Below, piece by piece: positions 21,046 through 30,996 of a stretch of DNA of 52,814 bases (positions are counted from its first letter, which is position 1; every line of letters starts with the position of its first letter). The stretch is from positions 1-52,814 of the forward strand of contig CBDUBS010000005.1 of assembly GCA_965365445.1 (NCBI GenBank), in the 5' to 3' direction. A program made the position numbers and the translations under genes. This stretch comes from an uncultured bacterium. GTDB lineage: Bacteria; Bacteroidota; Rhodothermia; Rhodothermales; DASSAV01. A model generated the notes under the pieces. That model did no database searches. It had not been told where the DNA came from and was given only the letters and a program-made list of their open reading frames with translations.

Positions 21046-22425
21046 ATGAGCGAACTACGCAAGATCATTCTCGACGAAAAAGACTCCCCTACCCACTGGT
21101 ACAACATCAACGCCGATCTGGGCCGTCTGGGCGCCCCGATGCCTCCGGTGTTGCATCCGGGGACCGGCAAACCCATTGGCGCGGAGGACCTTTCGGTCAT
21201 TTTCCCCATGGGCCTCATCCAGCAGGAGGTAAGCTCGGAGCGGTACATCGAGATTCCCGAAGAAGTCCGCGACATCTATCTCCAGTGGCGCCCGACGCCC
21301 CTGTACCGGGCTCATCGCTGGGAAAAGGCGCTCGGCACCCCGGCGCGTATTTACTACAAGTACGAAGGCGTCAGCCCCTCGGGCAGCCATAAGACCAATA
21401 CGGCCATAGCCCAGGCGTATTACAATATGCGCGAGGGGACAAAACGCATCACGACAGAAACAGGCGCCGGTCAATGGGGGAGCGCCCTCAGTTTTGCCTG
21501 CCAGATCTTCGGCATCGAGTGCAAGGTGTTCATGGTGAAGGTCAGTTACCACCAGAAACCATACCGCCGCATATACATGGAAACCATGGGCGCTTCGGTT
21601 GTACCGAGCCCCAGCAACGAAACCAACGCCGGACGCTCCATTCTGGCCGAGCATCCCCACAGCTCCGGGAGCCTCGGCATCGCCATCAGCGAGGCCGTCG
21701 AGGAGGCGGCCACCCGGGATGACACCAAATACTCCCTTGGCAGCGTGCTCAACCACGTCGTACTGCACCAGACAGTGATCGGACAGGAGGTAATCAAGCA
21801 ACTCGAACTCATCGGAGCCGACTGGCCGGATGTGGTATTCGGCTGCGCCGGAGGCGGCAGCAACTTTGCGGGGTTCGCCTTTCCCTTCCTGGCCGCCCAG
21901 GCCGAGTCCGGTCGAAAGACGCGGATCGTTGCCGTCGAGCCGGCCGCCTCGCCCAGCCTCACCCGGGGGCGCTACGCCTACGACTTCGGCGATACCGCCC
22001 GGATGACGCCGCTGATGAAGATGTATACGCTCGGGCACGATTTCGTCCCCGCCCCCATCCATGCCGGGGGGTTGCGTTACCACGGAATGAGCCCTCAGAT
22101 CAGCGCGCTCTACCACGCCGGGCTACTCGAAGCCCGGAACGTTACGCAGACGGCCGTATTCGAGGCCAACCAGAGCTTCGTGCGCAACGAAGGCATTCTG
22201 CCTGCTCCGGAGTCCGGCCATGCCGTATGGGGCGCCATGGAGGAAGCCCTTGCCTGTAGGGAAAGCGGCGAAGCCAGAACCATCGTGCTTGCGCTCAGCG
22301 GCCACGGTTATTTCGATCTGAGCGCTTATGAGGCGTTCATGATTGGCGACCTGGTCGATTACGAATACCCGGCGGAACAGGTCGAAGCCAGCCTTGCTTC
22401 CCTCCCGCAGGTCGAAGAGGCATAA
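21046..22425 (+). CDS. TrpB-like PLP-dependent enzyme (tryptophan synthase beta-2 type, TrpB2)
   Basis: 459 aa. The [11 protein letters not shown] lysine-PLP motif and the [11 protein letters not shown] glycine-rich loop are typical of TrpB2-family long TrpB proteins. No trpA nearby. Confidence 0.85.
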   Translation: MSELRKIILDEKDSPTHWYNINADLGRLGAPMPPVLHPGTGKPIGAEDLSVIFPMGLIQQEVSSERYIEIPEEVRDIYLQWRPTPLYRAHRWEKALGTPARIYYKYEGVSPSGSHKTNTAIAQAYYNMREGTKRITTETGAGQWGSALSFACQIFGIECKVFMVKVSYHQKPYRRIYMETMGASVVPSPSNETNAGRSILAEHPHSSGSLGIAISEAVEEAATRDDTKYSLGSVLNHVVLHQTVIGQEVIKQLELIGADWPDVVFGCAGGGSNFAGFAFPFLAAQAESGRKTRIVAVEPAASPSLTRGRYAYDFGDTARMTPLMKMYTLGHDFVPAPIHAGGLRYHGMSPQISALYHAGLLEARNVTQTAVFEANQSFVRNEGILPAPESGHAVWGAMEEALACRESGEARTIVLALSGHGYFDLSAYEAFMIGDLVDYEYPAEQVEASLASLPQVEEA

Positions 22426-22478
22426 CCTGCGAACGGTTGCGCCGCCCTCTGCCGGGCCCGAGGACGGCGCAACCGTTT

Positions 22479-23435
22479 TTAGCCACCCCGGTGCAGATCG
22501 ATCCCCTCGAAGCTTTTTTTGAGGATGTCCGCCGAGCGTTGCAGGCCCGTCAGCTCCTCGTCGTTCAGTTCCGGCAACACGCGCTCGCGCACCCCCTCGA
22601 TGCCCACCACACAGGGGATGCTCAGGCACACGCCCGATATGCCGTACTCGCCGGTGAGCCGCACGCTGACCGGTACGATCGAGTTTTCGTCTCCCAGAAT
22701 AGCCCGCACCAGCCGTGCAATGACCACCCCGATGGCCGAGTTGGTATACCCTTTCAACCCGATGATTTCGTAAGCGGCATCCCGGGCCTGCTCGAAAATG
22801 GCCTGAAGCGCCCCCGGGTCGTACGGTTTGCCCAGAACCGGTTGCCCGGTTATGCTTTTCCCTCCAATGGATGCGTTGCTCCATAAGGGCACTTCCGAAT
22901 CGCCGTGCTCGCCCAGGATATAGGCGTGAACGGATCGCGGATCGACGCCGTAGTAGCGCCCCAGCAGCGCCCGGAACCGGGAGCTATCCAGCAATGTGCC
23001 CGTCCCGATGATGCGCTCTCCGGGCCGGTGGCTGAGTTCCTGCGAAACATACGTCAGCACGTCCACCGGATTCGTGGCGATCAGCAGTATGGCCCCGGGA
23101 GCGTACTGATCCAGCCGTTCCATGATCTCCGCAAAAATGGATGCATTCCGGTTCAACATATCCAGGCGGGTTTCCGAAGGTGATTTCTGACTCGCCCCCG
23201 CCGTTACTACTACCACCTGTGCATCGGACAGGTCGCCGTACGTGCCGGCCTCGACCGTTACGTTGCCGATAAGCGATTGGCCGTGCATCAAATCCATGGC
23301 CTCGCCGCGTGCTTTGTCCTGGTTGACGTCCACCAGGACGATTTCGCTCGCGACGTTCTGGATGAACAGAGCATATGCCGCAGCCACTCCCACATTGCCG
23401 GTCCCGATGACCCCTACCTTTCGTCGTTGTATCAT
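22479..23435 (-). CDS. ldh: L-lactate dehydrogenase
   Basis: KVGVIGTGNVGVAAAYAL NAD-binding motif, LVDVNQDKARGEAMDL, the IGEHGDSEVPLWS catalytic His motif and RFRALL. Start at the ATG at 23435 (MIQRRKVGVIG); the upstream extension of ORF 22479-23537 is unlikely. Confidence 0.9.
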   Translation of the reverse strand: MIQRRKVGVIGTGNVGVAAAYALFIQNVASEIVLVDVNQDKARGEAMDLMHGQSLIGNVTVEAGTYGDLSDAQVVVVTAGASQKSPSETRLDMLNRNASIFAEIMERLDQYAPGAILLIATNPVDVLTYVSQELSHRPGERIIGTGTLLDSSRFRALLGRYYGVDPRSVHAYILGEHGDSEVPLWSNASIGGKSITGQPVLGKPYDPGALQAIFEQARDAAYEIIGLKGYTNSAIGVVIARLVRAILGDENSIVPVSVRLTGEYGISGVCLSIPCVVGIEGVRERVLPELNDEELTGLQRSADILKKSFEGIDLHRGG

Positions 23436-23540
23436 ATCTGGTTTGCGATCTCCGTATTCAGGAATGCAAAAAAAGACCCGGGCCGCAATGACCCGGGTCG
23501 TGGCGCTACCGCCATTGGCCGTGTGAAACGCTTTCAACCC

Positions 23541-23726
23541 CTATTTCCGACTGAACGATTCCATCTCCACCTTTCGGAGTTGCATCATCTGTTCCGGATC
23601 GATGGTTACCCACTGAAAGCCTGTTTCGAAGAAATCCTCTTCATCTATTCTCTTGCGCAGCGCGGCGGCTTCAGCCGAAGGTCTGCCGCCTGCGCCCACG
23701 ATGCGTGCGTTGCCCGATATATACAT
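23541..23726 (-). CDS. Small hypothetical protein (61 aa)
   Basis: The ATG is preceded at 5-nt spacing by a strong SD-like GGGAGGTT (reverse complement of 23731-23740). Acidic, non-repetitive product. No similarity recognised. Confidence 0.4.
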   Translation of the reverse strand: MYISGNARIVGAGGRPSAEAAALRKRIDEEDFFETGFQWVTIDPEQMMQLRKVEMESFSRK

Positions 23727-24080
23727 ACTGAACCTCCCGGTTTATGAGCCGTCGGTTTTTTAGGCCGGCTAACCGTCACCCAACGATATTACTTGCCGTC
23801 TATTGCTTTCGTTTAACCATCAACGAAACAGGAGGATGATGTAACCACGCATTTACAACTAAGTGGTTTTTCGCCTTCTCCTGCCCAACCGGAAACGTAG
23901 CCTGCAACGGGCGCTCCACCTGGCTCCTTTTGCTTATTCCGGCGGGGGGTCTGGAGGATCTACGGTAATCCGCCGGTTTCGGTTACATCCGCAGGGCGCT
24001 CCGGTCCGCTGCGAACCCATTCCCCGGATCGGGGGTAGCACCTTCGGTTTTACGCCACACCCGATTGCGCTCTTTACCCT

Positions 24081-24896
24081 ATGAAAAGGCATTTCATTCT
24101 GTTGCTTCTGGCGCCTCTACTTTTTCAGAGTTGTATTTGCTCTACCGATCCGGATAACCGGGGCGATGTCAACCTGATTTCAGTGGAAGACGAGTGGGAG
24201 ATGGGCCGGCAGTTGAGCGAAGAACTCAATGCCGATCTGCCGCTCGTGGACGACCCACGACTCACGGGGTATGTTGAGCACATAGGCGAGCAGATCGTGC
24301 GTCAGTCCGGGTTGGCCCACAGGCCGTGGCGTTTTCACGTCGTTGCCGATCCGGCCATCAATGCTTTTGCCATCGCCGGGGGGCATGTGTACGTCAATAC
24401 CGGGCTTATCGCTGCGGCATCATCCTCTTCCGAGCTGGCCGGAGTCGTTTCGCACGAGGTGGCGCACGTCATCGCCCGGCACCATTCCGAACGGCTGACC
24501 AAAGCCTATGGCCTGGATTGGGTGGCGCGGCTCGTTCTGGGAGACAACCCGGGCCTGCTGCGTCAGCTGGCGGCGCAGGTGCTCGGGTCGGGGGCTATGG
24601 CCAAATTCTCTCGCGACGACGAGCGCGAAGCCGACCGGCTGGGCCTCGGTTACTTACCCGAGGCGGGGTACGACCCCGGGGGCATGGTAGACATGTTCGA
24701 AACCTTGCTGGAGCAACGCGAGCGCACTCCGGGCGCTCTGGAACGGTTTTTCTCCACCCATCCCATGACGGAAGAGCGCATCGAAGATCTACGCGCCCTG
24801 ACCGATGCCTTGCCGCCGACACCTGCGGAGGGCGACAGCGCCGAGTACGAGCGGATCAGGAAGCGCGCCGCCGCATACGCCCGCCCTCCTTCCTGA
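24081..24896 (+). CDS. M48-family zinc metallopeptidase, lipoprotein
   Basis: Signal peptide with lipobox LLFQSC. HEVAHV zinc-binding HEXXH motif and a downstream E in FSRDDEREADRLG, typical of M48/Ste24-like peptidases. Confidence 0.85.
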   Translation: MKRHFILLLLAPLLFQSCICSTDPDNRGDVNLISVEDEWEMGRQLSEELNADLPLVDDPRLTGYVEHIGEQIVRQSGLAHRPWRFHVVADPAINAFAIAGGHVYVNTGLIAAASSSSELAGVVSHEVAHVIARHHSERLTKAYGLDWVARLVLGDNPGLLRQLAAQVLGSGAMAKFSRDDEREADRLGLGYLPEAGYDPGGMVDMFETLLEQRERTPGALERFFSTHPMTEERIEDLRALTDALPPTPAEGDSAEYERIRKRAAAYARPPS

Positions 24897-24917
24897 ATTA
24901 GCCCGGCGGACGTCGGT

Positions 24918-25247
24918 TCAGCTTCCTCTGGGCCGTTCCTCGCCGAGGTCGTCGTCATCGATTTCCATGCTCGACCCATCCCCTTCGGCGATTTCTTCCA
25001 GAAGGCTTTCCGCCTCCTCGTGCACCTGTTCCAGGATGCCGGACATGCCGCCGCCATTACGTTCCAATATGACGAGTACGCCGAGGATGACGTGTGCCTC
25101 GGCGGTCTGTCCGCCCGCGCCGGCCCCTCCCATGGGCGTCAGATGCGTTACGCGCCAGCCGCGCCCGAGTGCGGCATTCAGTTCGGCCAGCCCCTCGGTG
25201 CGGTCCGGCCGGAGACTGACCACGAGCGCCTTTTGATTGCTTTTCAT
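24918..25247 (-). CDS. Small hypothetical protein (110 aa) with an acidic C-terminal tail
   Basis: ATG at 25247 preceded by GGAGG-like CCGGAGG; the translation starts MKSNQKALVVSLRPD. The tail EIDDDDLGEERP is strongly acidic. The upstream extension to 25439 is unsupported. Confidence 0.45.
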   Translation of the reverse strand: MKSNQKALVVSLRPDRTEGLAELNAALGRGWRVTHLTPMGGAGAGGQTAEAHVILGVLVILERNGGGMSGILEQVHEEAESLLEEIAEGDGSSMEIDDDDLGEERPRGS

Positions 25248-25431
25248 TTCCGGAGGGTTTTGAGCGGATATCAGCGACAACGCACGATGCCCGCTCGGGT
25301 TGCGAGCTGGCGTTTGCGTGCGGAATCGTAACATGCTCCCGGTCCGTTCCTGAAAGTTATGCGAAGCGGAACGAAGGGTGCGCTCAGTCATTAACCGGCT
25401 TCGATTCTTCCACGCCTGTACTCGCTGCCCT

Positions 25432-26454
25432 ATGCGCATCGGCCTGATTTACGACGTCTTTGCGGCCTACCCGTGGCGGTATGGCGACCCCCCCGACGCC
25501 GACGCCGAGTACGAACCGGAAGGCACCGTTGCCGTGATCGAGGAGGCGTTGCGGCTGCTAGATTACCAGCCGGTCCGTATCGGCACCGCTTACGACCTGT
25601 TCCGGTCCGTTCATTCCCTGCGTCTCGATGCGGCCCTGAGCATCGCGGAGGGGGCTCGTAGCCGTAACCGGGAAGCCTATGCTCCGGTGCTGCTCGAAAT
25701 GGCGGATATACCCTACCTAGGTTCCGATGCGCTCACCATGTCCGTAAGTCTCGACAAAGCCTGCACCAAGGACCTGGCCGCCGCCGCCGGGGTGTTCACG
25801 CCGGCCTATCGGGTGTACAGGGCCGGAGAGAAGCCGGACCCTGCCGACCTCCCCGGCCCCTTTCCGCTGTTCGTAAAACCCCGCTACGAAGGCTCCTCGA
25901 AAGGGATCATTCGAGAAAACAAGGTATCCTCCCTTTCGGAGCTGACCGATGCGGTCGTCCGCATAACGGGATGGTACAATCAGGATGCCCTCGTCGAGCC
26001 GTTCATCGAAGGCGGTGGAGAGTTCACCGTATGTGTCGTCGGGAACGATCCTCCCGAAACCCTTCCCGCCGTACAACGAGCCGTAGAACGCACATCGAAA
26101 ATAGGGTTACATGCGCTCGAACACCGGGGAAATCCGGCGGCGGAATGGAGCTACGAACTCGAAGGGCTTCTCACCCCGGCGCTGGAGGACGCACTCCGGC
26201 TACAGGCCCTCCGTGTTTTCGAGAAACTCGAATGCCGGGATTTCGCCCGCGCCGACTTTCGGGTGGATGCGCAGGGCACTCCGTGGTTCATCGAAATAAA
26301 CCCCCTGCCGACCTTCGCTCCCGACGGCACGTTTGCCGTCGTCGCCGAACTGCTCGGCCGCCCCTATCCGGTTTTTCTGGCCGAGATTCTCGCGGCCGGC
26401 CTGAATCGCATCGGGCGTCGTAAGGACGGCATTCATTCCGTTACCTATGCCTGA
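25432..26454 (+). CDS. ATP-grasp ligase of the D-alanine--D-alanine ligase (Ddl) family, substrate unknown
   Basis: Ddl-like layout: N-terminal MRIGLIYDV, a central domain with KDLAAAAGVFTPAY..PLFVKPRYEGSSKGI, and C-terminal ARADFRVDAQGTPWFIEINPLP (the Mg/ATP-binding E-x-N region). The stop overlaps the next gene start (ATGCCTGA). Confidence 0.8.
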   Translation: MRIGLIYDVFAAYPWRYGDPPDADAEYEPEGTVAVIEEALRLLDYQPVRIGTAYDLFRSVHSLRLDAALSIAEGARSRNREAYAPVLLEMADIPYLGSDALTMSVSLDKACTKDLAAAAGVFTPAYRVYRAGEKPDPADLPGPFPLFVKPRYEGSSKGIIRENKVSSLSELTDAVVRITGWYNQDALVEPFIEGGGEFTVCVVGNDPPETLPAVQRAVERTSKIGLHALEHRGNPAAEWSYELEGLLTPALEDALRLQALRVFEKLECRDFARADFRVDAQGTPWFIEINPLPTFAPDGTFAVVAELLGRPYPVFLAEILAAGLNRIGRRKDGIHSVTYA

Positions 26455-27661
26455 CCCCAGACAGGCCGCCGAAGCATACCGGCGGCATCCTTCCTGGAAG
26501 GATTGGAAATGGCAAATGCGCCATCGCATCCACGACCTGGAGGGGTTGAGCCGCTTTATCGAGCCTACTCCCGAGGAGGTGTACGCCGTCGGGGCTACCC
26601 GCGGCGTGTTTCGCTGGAACGTGACCCCTTATTATGCCTCACTGATGCAGCCCGACGACCCGGATGATCCGATTCGTCGGCAGGTCGTTCCCCGGCCCGA
26701 GGAACTCGCACCGGACATCGTAGGCGTTGTCGATCCGCTCGAAGAAGTGGCCCATTCCCCTGTGAAGAACCTCATTCACAACTACCGGGACCGGGTGGCC
26801 TTCTGCGTAACCGCCGAATGCGCGATTTATTGCCGCTATTGCCTGCGCAAACGTATGGTGGGCGATGCGCACTTTTTCATGAACAAGGCCGAGCTTCAGG
26901 CGGGAATAGACTATATAGCGGCGCACCCGGAGATTCGGGATGTCCTGCTTACCGGAGGCGACCCGCTGACGTTCAGCGACGCCAATCTCGCGTGGTTGCT
27001 GAGCCGCCTGCGGGCCATTGCGCACGTCGAGGTCATCCGCATCGGCTCGCGCATGGTGGTCAAGCTGCCTTACCGGATTACACCGGAGCTTTGCTCGGTG
27101 CTTGAAAAGCACCATCCGATCTGGCTGAATACGCATTTCAACCACCCGGCCGAGCTTACCCCCGATGCTGCCGAGGCCGTGGACCGGCTGCTTCGGGCGG
27201 GCGTTCCGGTAGGCAACCAGACTGTGCTCCTGCGGGGGATAAACGACGAGCCGGATACCATGAAAAGGCTCTGTGAAGGGCTGGTCCGGATGCGCGTGCG
27301 ACCTTACTATCTGTATCAGGCGCAATTGATCGGGGGCACGGCCCACTTCCGCACGTCCATAGAAAAGGGTATGGAGATCATGGAGGCTCTCCAGGGGCGC
27401 ACCAGCGGATTTGCCGTGCCGAAGTACGTACTGGATACCCCGTTCGGTAAGGCGCCGCTCAATGGCTCGTACGTCCTGGGGCGCTCAGGGCGGCACGTAA
27501 TTATCAAGACCTACGAGGGCCGGCTCTGGGCCGAGCCCAATCCGCTGCCGCCTGGAGAGGAAAGGGGGCTCCGGCTGCCGGAGATGGCCTGGCCGGAAGG
27601 CGTCGCCACGATCTCCACAGAAGCTCCGACGTTCGTACCGCTCGAGGTGATGCATAGGTAA
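26447..27661 (+). CDS. KamA-family radical SAM protein (lysine 2,3-aminomutase-like)
   Basis: CAIYCRYCLRKR CxxxCxxC radical-SAM cluster motif, LLTGGDPL and N-terminal KDWKWQMRHRI, all characteristic of the KamA/EpmB family. 404 aa. Confidence 0.9.
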   Translation: MPDPRQAAEAYRRHPSWKDWKWQMRHRIHDLEGLSRFIEPTPEEVYAVGATRGVFRWNVTPYYASLMQPDDPDDPIRRQVVPRPEELAPDIVGVVDPLEEVAHSPVKNLIHNYRDRVAFCVTAECAIYCRYCLRKRMVGDAHFFMNKAELQAGIDYIAAHPEIRDVLLTGGDPLTFSDANLAWLLSRLRAIAHVEVIRIGSRMVVKLPYRITPELCSVLEKHHPIWLNTHFNHPAELTPDAAEAVDRLLRAGVPVGNQTVLLRGINDEPDTMKRLCEGLVRMRVRPYYLYQAQLIGGTAHFRTSIEKGMEIMEALQGRTSGFAVPKYVLDTPFGKAPLNGSYVLGRSGRHVIIKTYEGRLWAEPNPLPPGEERGLRLPEMAWPEGVATISTEAPTFVPLEVMHR

Positions 27662-27723
27662 CGGAGGTCGAAACCGACGTATTCCCGGAGATACGCGGTC
27701 GGATAATCCGTATATTTCATTGT

Positions 27724-29091
27724 TTGTTGACTTTCGGAAAGTACGCTGCTAGATTCCTGAAAGAGGGCTCCGGCGGCTTTTATTTCATCATTTCGGCACC
27801 TCCTGCAACCTGGATGCTGCGCATATTCTTCGTCATACTGGCCGTTCTGACTTCCGCTCTGGCCCTGCTTCTGGAACAGTGGGAATTGTTCATTTTGGCC
27901 GGCGCCCTGCTGCTGGTTGCTATCGTGCTGGCGTTTATCTATCTCCGGAACCGGGGCAAGAAGGAACAGGATACGTACATACGCCCTTCGGCTACGGGAC
28001 CCGAGGAGGATCTGAAGGATCTGGGCATTATCGAGATTCGGCCAAAGGGCAGCACCCCCCGCGCCGCTTCGGCCGACGATGACGGCCCGCATCGCCATGG
28101 CGCGGTGCCTTCCGACGATGCCGATCCGGCGCAGCGAGCCGGGATGCGCCGCCCCGAACCCGACGAACCTACATCGATTGCCCGGCAAAAGAAGGACCTC
28201 GTCGAGACGAACCTCCAGTCCCTGCTCGAAACCGTCGCCGCCCATACGGTTTGCCTGCTTCGGAGAGACGAGGAGGGCCACAAATACGTCATCGAAGCCA
28301 TCGTAAGCAAAAACTCGTATGCCCGAAGCCACGGCCGGTTTGCCGCCCGGGCTCCGTTGCTGGCTCCGCATACTTCCGACTTGTCGGTTACCCTTCTCCG
28401 GGTAGGAGAGAAGGGGCTTCCCGCCCATCAACTCGGCTACTACCTCGAACCGATCTCGGTGCGCCAGATTGCCATCGTGAACATTCCGCTGCCTGCCGAC
28501 GGCGAGTCCTACGTGTTGCTTGCCGATACCATGGAAGAAGGCGGGCTCAGTACGTCCAAAAAACACTCGTACCTCAAGCAGTTCGCCGGCTTGATCGCTT
28601 CGCTGCTTCACGCCGAGGAGGAGACGGCTTCGGAAGCCGCCGGGGCCGAACGAGCCGAGGCCCCTCGTCCCCGCCGCGAGATCATCGGGGAAGAGATGGA
28701 AAACGCCCGTCTGCGCGATCAGCCGCTGGCGTTGGCCCTCGTCCATCTGCGCCGTGCGGAGGCGCTCGCCGACGAGGGGATGTCGGCGGTGGCGGAAGCG
28801 GAGAAGGCGCTCGAATTGCGCCTCCGGGATTCGCTTCCGGGCGGGCGAGTGGAACGTTTCGGCGAGCTTACCTTCGGGGTGTTTCTATACGGCGAGATTG
28901 ACGAGGTAGAGCAGTGGGCGCTTGATCTGCAGCACGATCTGGAAAACGAAACGAGCCTTCTGGAAGGAGGGGTAAGCATCGGCGTGGCCGTCATGAACGA
29001 CCGGCACGACACGCCCGACGCCCTCCGCTCGGATGCGACGACCGCCCTGCGCGAATCCTACGACTCCGGTGTACCTGCCGTCGTCGCGTGA
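27724..29091 (+). CDS. Membrane-anchored regulatory protein with a putative GAF-like middle region and a degenerate GGDEF-like C-terminal domain. Start may be the ATG near 27814.
   Basis: Two N-terminal TM helices. The C-terminus aligns to the GGDEF fold (LALALVHLRR...PGGRVERFGELTFGVFLYGEIDEVEQWALDLQ...GGVSIGVAV), with RFGELTF replacing RYGGEEF and no DxD metal site, so it is likely catalytically inactive. Antisense ORF 27511-28746 is rejected. Confidence 0.65.
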   Translation: MLTFGKYAARFLKEGSGGFYFIISAPPATWMLRIFFVILAVLTSALALLLEQWELFILAGALLLVAIVLAFIYLRNRGKKEQDTYIRPSATGPEEDLKDLGIIEIRPKGSTPRAASADDDGPHRHGAVPSDDADPAQRAGMRRPEPDEPTSIARQKKDLVETNLQSLLETVAAHTVCLLRRDEEGHKYVIEAIVSKNSYARSHGRFAARAPLLAPHTSDLSVTLLRVGEKGLPAHQLGYYLEPISVRQIAIVNIPLPADGESYVLLADTMEEGGLSTSKKHSYLKQFAGLIASLLHAEEETASEAAGAERAEAPRPRREIIGEEMENARLRDQPLALALVHLRRAEALADEGMSAVAEAEKALELRLRDSLPGGRVERFGELTFGVFLYGEIDEVEQWALDLQHDLENETSLLEGGVSIGVAVMNDRHDTPDALRSDATTALRESYDSGVPAVVA

Positions 29092-29126
29092 GACCGAGGC
29101 GGCCAATCCGTTAACGCGAACCCTTC

Positions 29127-30290
29127 TTGCTCTTCATAACCGTTGTACTCGACGGGGTGGGCATCGGACCTCAGCCCGATTCCGCCCTCTACGGCGATGC
29201 GGATAGCCATACCCTGGGCCACGTCTGCGCCCTTGCCCGGCCTCGCCTGCCTCATCTGGCCGGACTCGGCCTGGGGTGTATTACGCCCCTTGAAGGCATC
29301 CCGGAGGCGGTTGCGCCGGCTGCGGCCTACGGAAAAATGCAGGAGTATTCCGCCGGGAAGGACAGCACCACCGGCCACTGGGAGCTGGCCGGAATCCGCC
29401 TCGACGCCTCCTTTCCGACCTACGCGGAAGGCTTTCCGGCCGGCCTCATCGAAACCTTCCTGGAAAAAACGGGCTGCACCGGCGTGCTCGGCAATAAACC
29501 GGCTTCCGGTACGGAAATCATCGCCGAACTGGGCGAAGCCCATCAGGACCTCCGTTTTCCGATCGTTTACACTTCGGCCGATAGTGTTTTTCAGATCGCC
29601 GCTCACGAAGCCACGATCCCGCTCGACGAACTGTACCGCATCTGCCGCATTACCCGCGAGTCGGTATGCACGGGGCCTCATGCCGTCGGCCGCGTCATTG
29701 CTCGCCCTTTCATCGGCAATCCAGGCGCCTACGAGCGCATTTCCGCCCATCGAAAGGATTATTCCCTCGTTCCGCCCCCCGGAGCCCTGCCGGAGGTGCT
29801 ACGGGCTGCCGGTATCCGAACCATTTCCATCGGCAAGATCTATGATCTTTTCGCCGGGGCAGGGTTTGATGAAAGCTACAAGACAACCTCCAACGAGGAG
29901 GGAATGCGCCGGACCATCGAGCAAGCTCGCCGGTGGGCGGGCAGGCCCGAACCCACGTTCATCTGGACGAACCTCGTGGACTTCGATCAGGAGTACGGCC
30001 ACCGGAACGACCTTCACGGTTTTGCGGCCGCTCTCGAAGCGTTTGACCGGGAGCTTCCCGAGTTATTGACGGCCCTCAGCCCCATCGATCGCCTTGTCAT
30101 CACGGCGGATCACGGAAACGACCCGTTTACCCCGAGCACCGACCACAGCCGGGAGTACGTGCCCTTGCTTTACTATGGCGCCCGGGCAGGAGAAAACCTC
30201 GGTATTCGCCGGAGTTTCAACGATCTGGCGGCCACGGCAGCGGCGTTTTTCGGCGCGCCTCTTTCCGGCGAAGGCGAATCGTTCGCCTGA
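29127..30290 (+). CDS. deoB: Phosphopentomutase (DeoB)
   Basis: MLFITVVLDGVGIG...GKDSTTGHWELAG...VITADHGNDP: alkaline-phosphatase-superfamily phosphopentomutase signatures. 387 aa. Confidence 0.9.
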   Translation: MLFITVVLDGVGIGPQPDSALYGDADSHTLGHVCALARPRLPHLAGLGLGCITPLEGIPEAVAPAAAYGKMQEYSAGKDSTTGHWELAGIRLDASFPTYAEGFPAGLIETFLEKTGCTGVLGNKPASGTEIIAELGEAHQDLRFPIVYTSADSVFQIAAHEATIPLDELYRICRITRESVCTGPHAVGRVIARPFIGNPGAYERISAHRKDYSLVPPPGALPEVLRAAGIRTISIGKIYDLFAGAGFDESYKTTSNEEGMRRTIEQARRWAGRPEPTFIWTNLVDFDQEYGHRNDLHGFAAALEAFDRELPELLTALSPIDRLVITADHGNDPFTPSTDHSREYVPLLYYGARAGENLGIRRSFNDLAATAAAFFGAPLSGEGESFA

Positions 30291-30294
30291 CGGG

Positions 30295-30963
30295 TCAAGC
30301 CGGTCCGCCGCCCTCGCCTATGAGCGGCACGAACCGGAACGAGTGGGTCTGTTCCTGCTCCCAGTCGGCGGGGCCCTTTCGGACGAACCGGTTCATCACC
30401 TGCCCTTTCTCGTCGCCGATGGGGATGACGAGGCGGCCGCCGGGCAGTCGTTCGTCGGGCATTCGGAGCTGGTCCAGCAGCGCTCCCGGTACGTCCACGG
30501 CCCCTGCCGTTACGATGATGCCGTCGTAGGGGGCGAACGAGGGCCAGCCCAGTGTCCCGTCGCCAAACCGGGTAACTACCCGGTAGCCCAGTTCGTCGAG
30601 CAGGCGGGACGTACGCTCATACAACGCTCTGTGGCGCTCCACCGAAAACACCCGTGCTCCGAGTTCGCAGAGTACGGCAGCCTGGTATCCGCTGCCCGTG
30701 CCGATTTCCAGTACCCGGTCGTCCCGTCCGATGCGCAGCATCATCGTCTGATAGGCCACCGTAAACGGCTGCGAAATCGTCTGGTTCAGCCCGATGGGGA
30801 GGGCTTCGTCCTTGTAGGCGTGCTCGCGCAGCGCCGGCTCGATGAACAGGTGCCGTGGAACGTTGCCCATTGCTTCAAGCACGCGTTCGTCTCCAATGCC
30901 TTTGTTTCGCAATTCGGCGACGAGCCGGCTACGCCGACGCTGATATTTCCACTCTTCAGGCAT
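30295..30963 (-). CDS. pcm: Protein-L-isoaspartate O-methyltransferase
   Basis: QTISQPFTVAYQ..LEIGTGSGYQAAVL..DGIIVTAGA motifs of Pcm. 222 aa. Confidence 0.9.
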   Translation of the reverse strand: MPEEWKYQRRRSRLVAELRNKGIGDERVLEAMGNVPRHLFIEPALREHAYKDEALPIGLNQTISQPFTVAYQTMMLRIGRDDRVLEIGTGSGYQAAVLCELGARVFSVERHRALYERTSRLLDELGYRVVTRFGDGTLGWPSFAPYDGIIVTAGAVDVPGALLDQLRMPDERLPGGRLVIPIGDEKGQVMNRFVRKGPADWEQEQTHSFRFVPLIGEGGGPA

Positions 30964-30996
30964 AAATCAGGCATTTGGCGGGCGGCCACATCCGAA

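Noticed and set aside
22123-22884. 253-aa minus ORF (and 22437-22886 plus)
   Set aside because: It spans the 3' end of TrpB2 and the 3' end of ldh in wrong frames, with an Arg/Gly-rich product.
27511-28746. 411-aa minus ORF
   Set aside because: Antisense to the membrane GAF/GGDEF-like gene, whose plus-strand frame shows TM helices and a GGDEF-fold alignment. The antisense product is Gln/Gly/Arg-rich low complexity.
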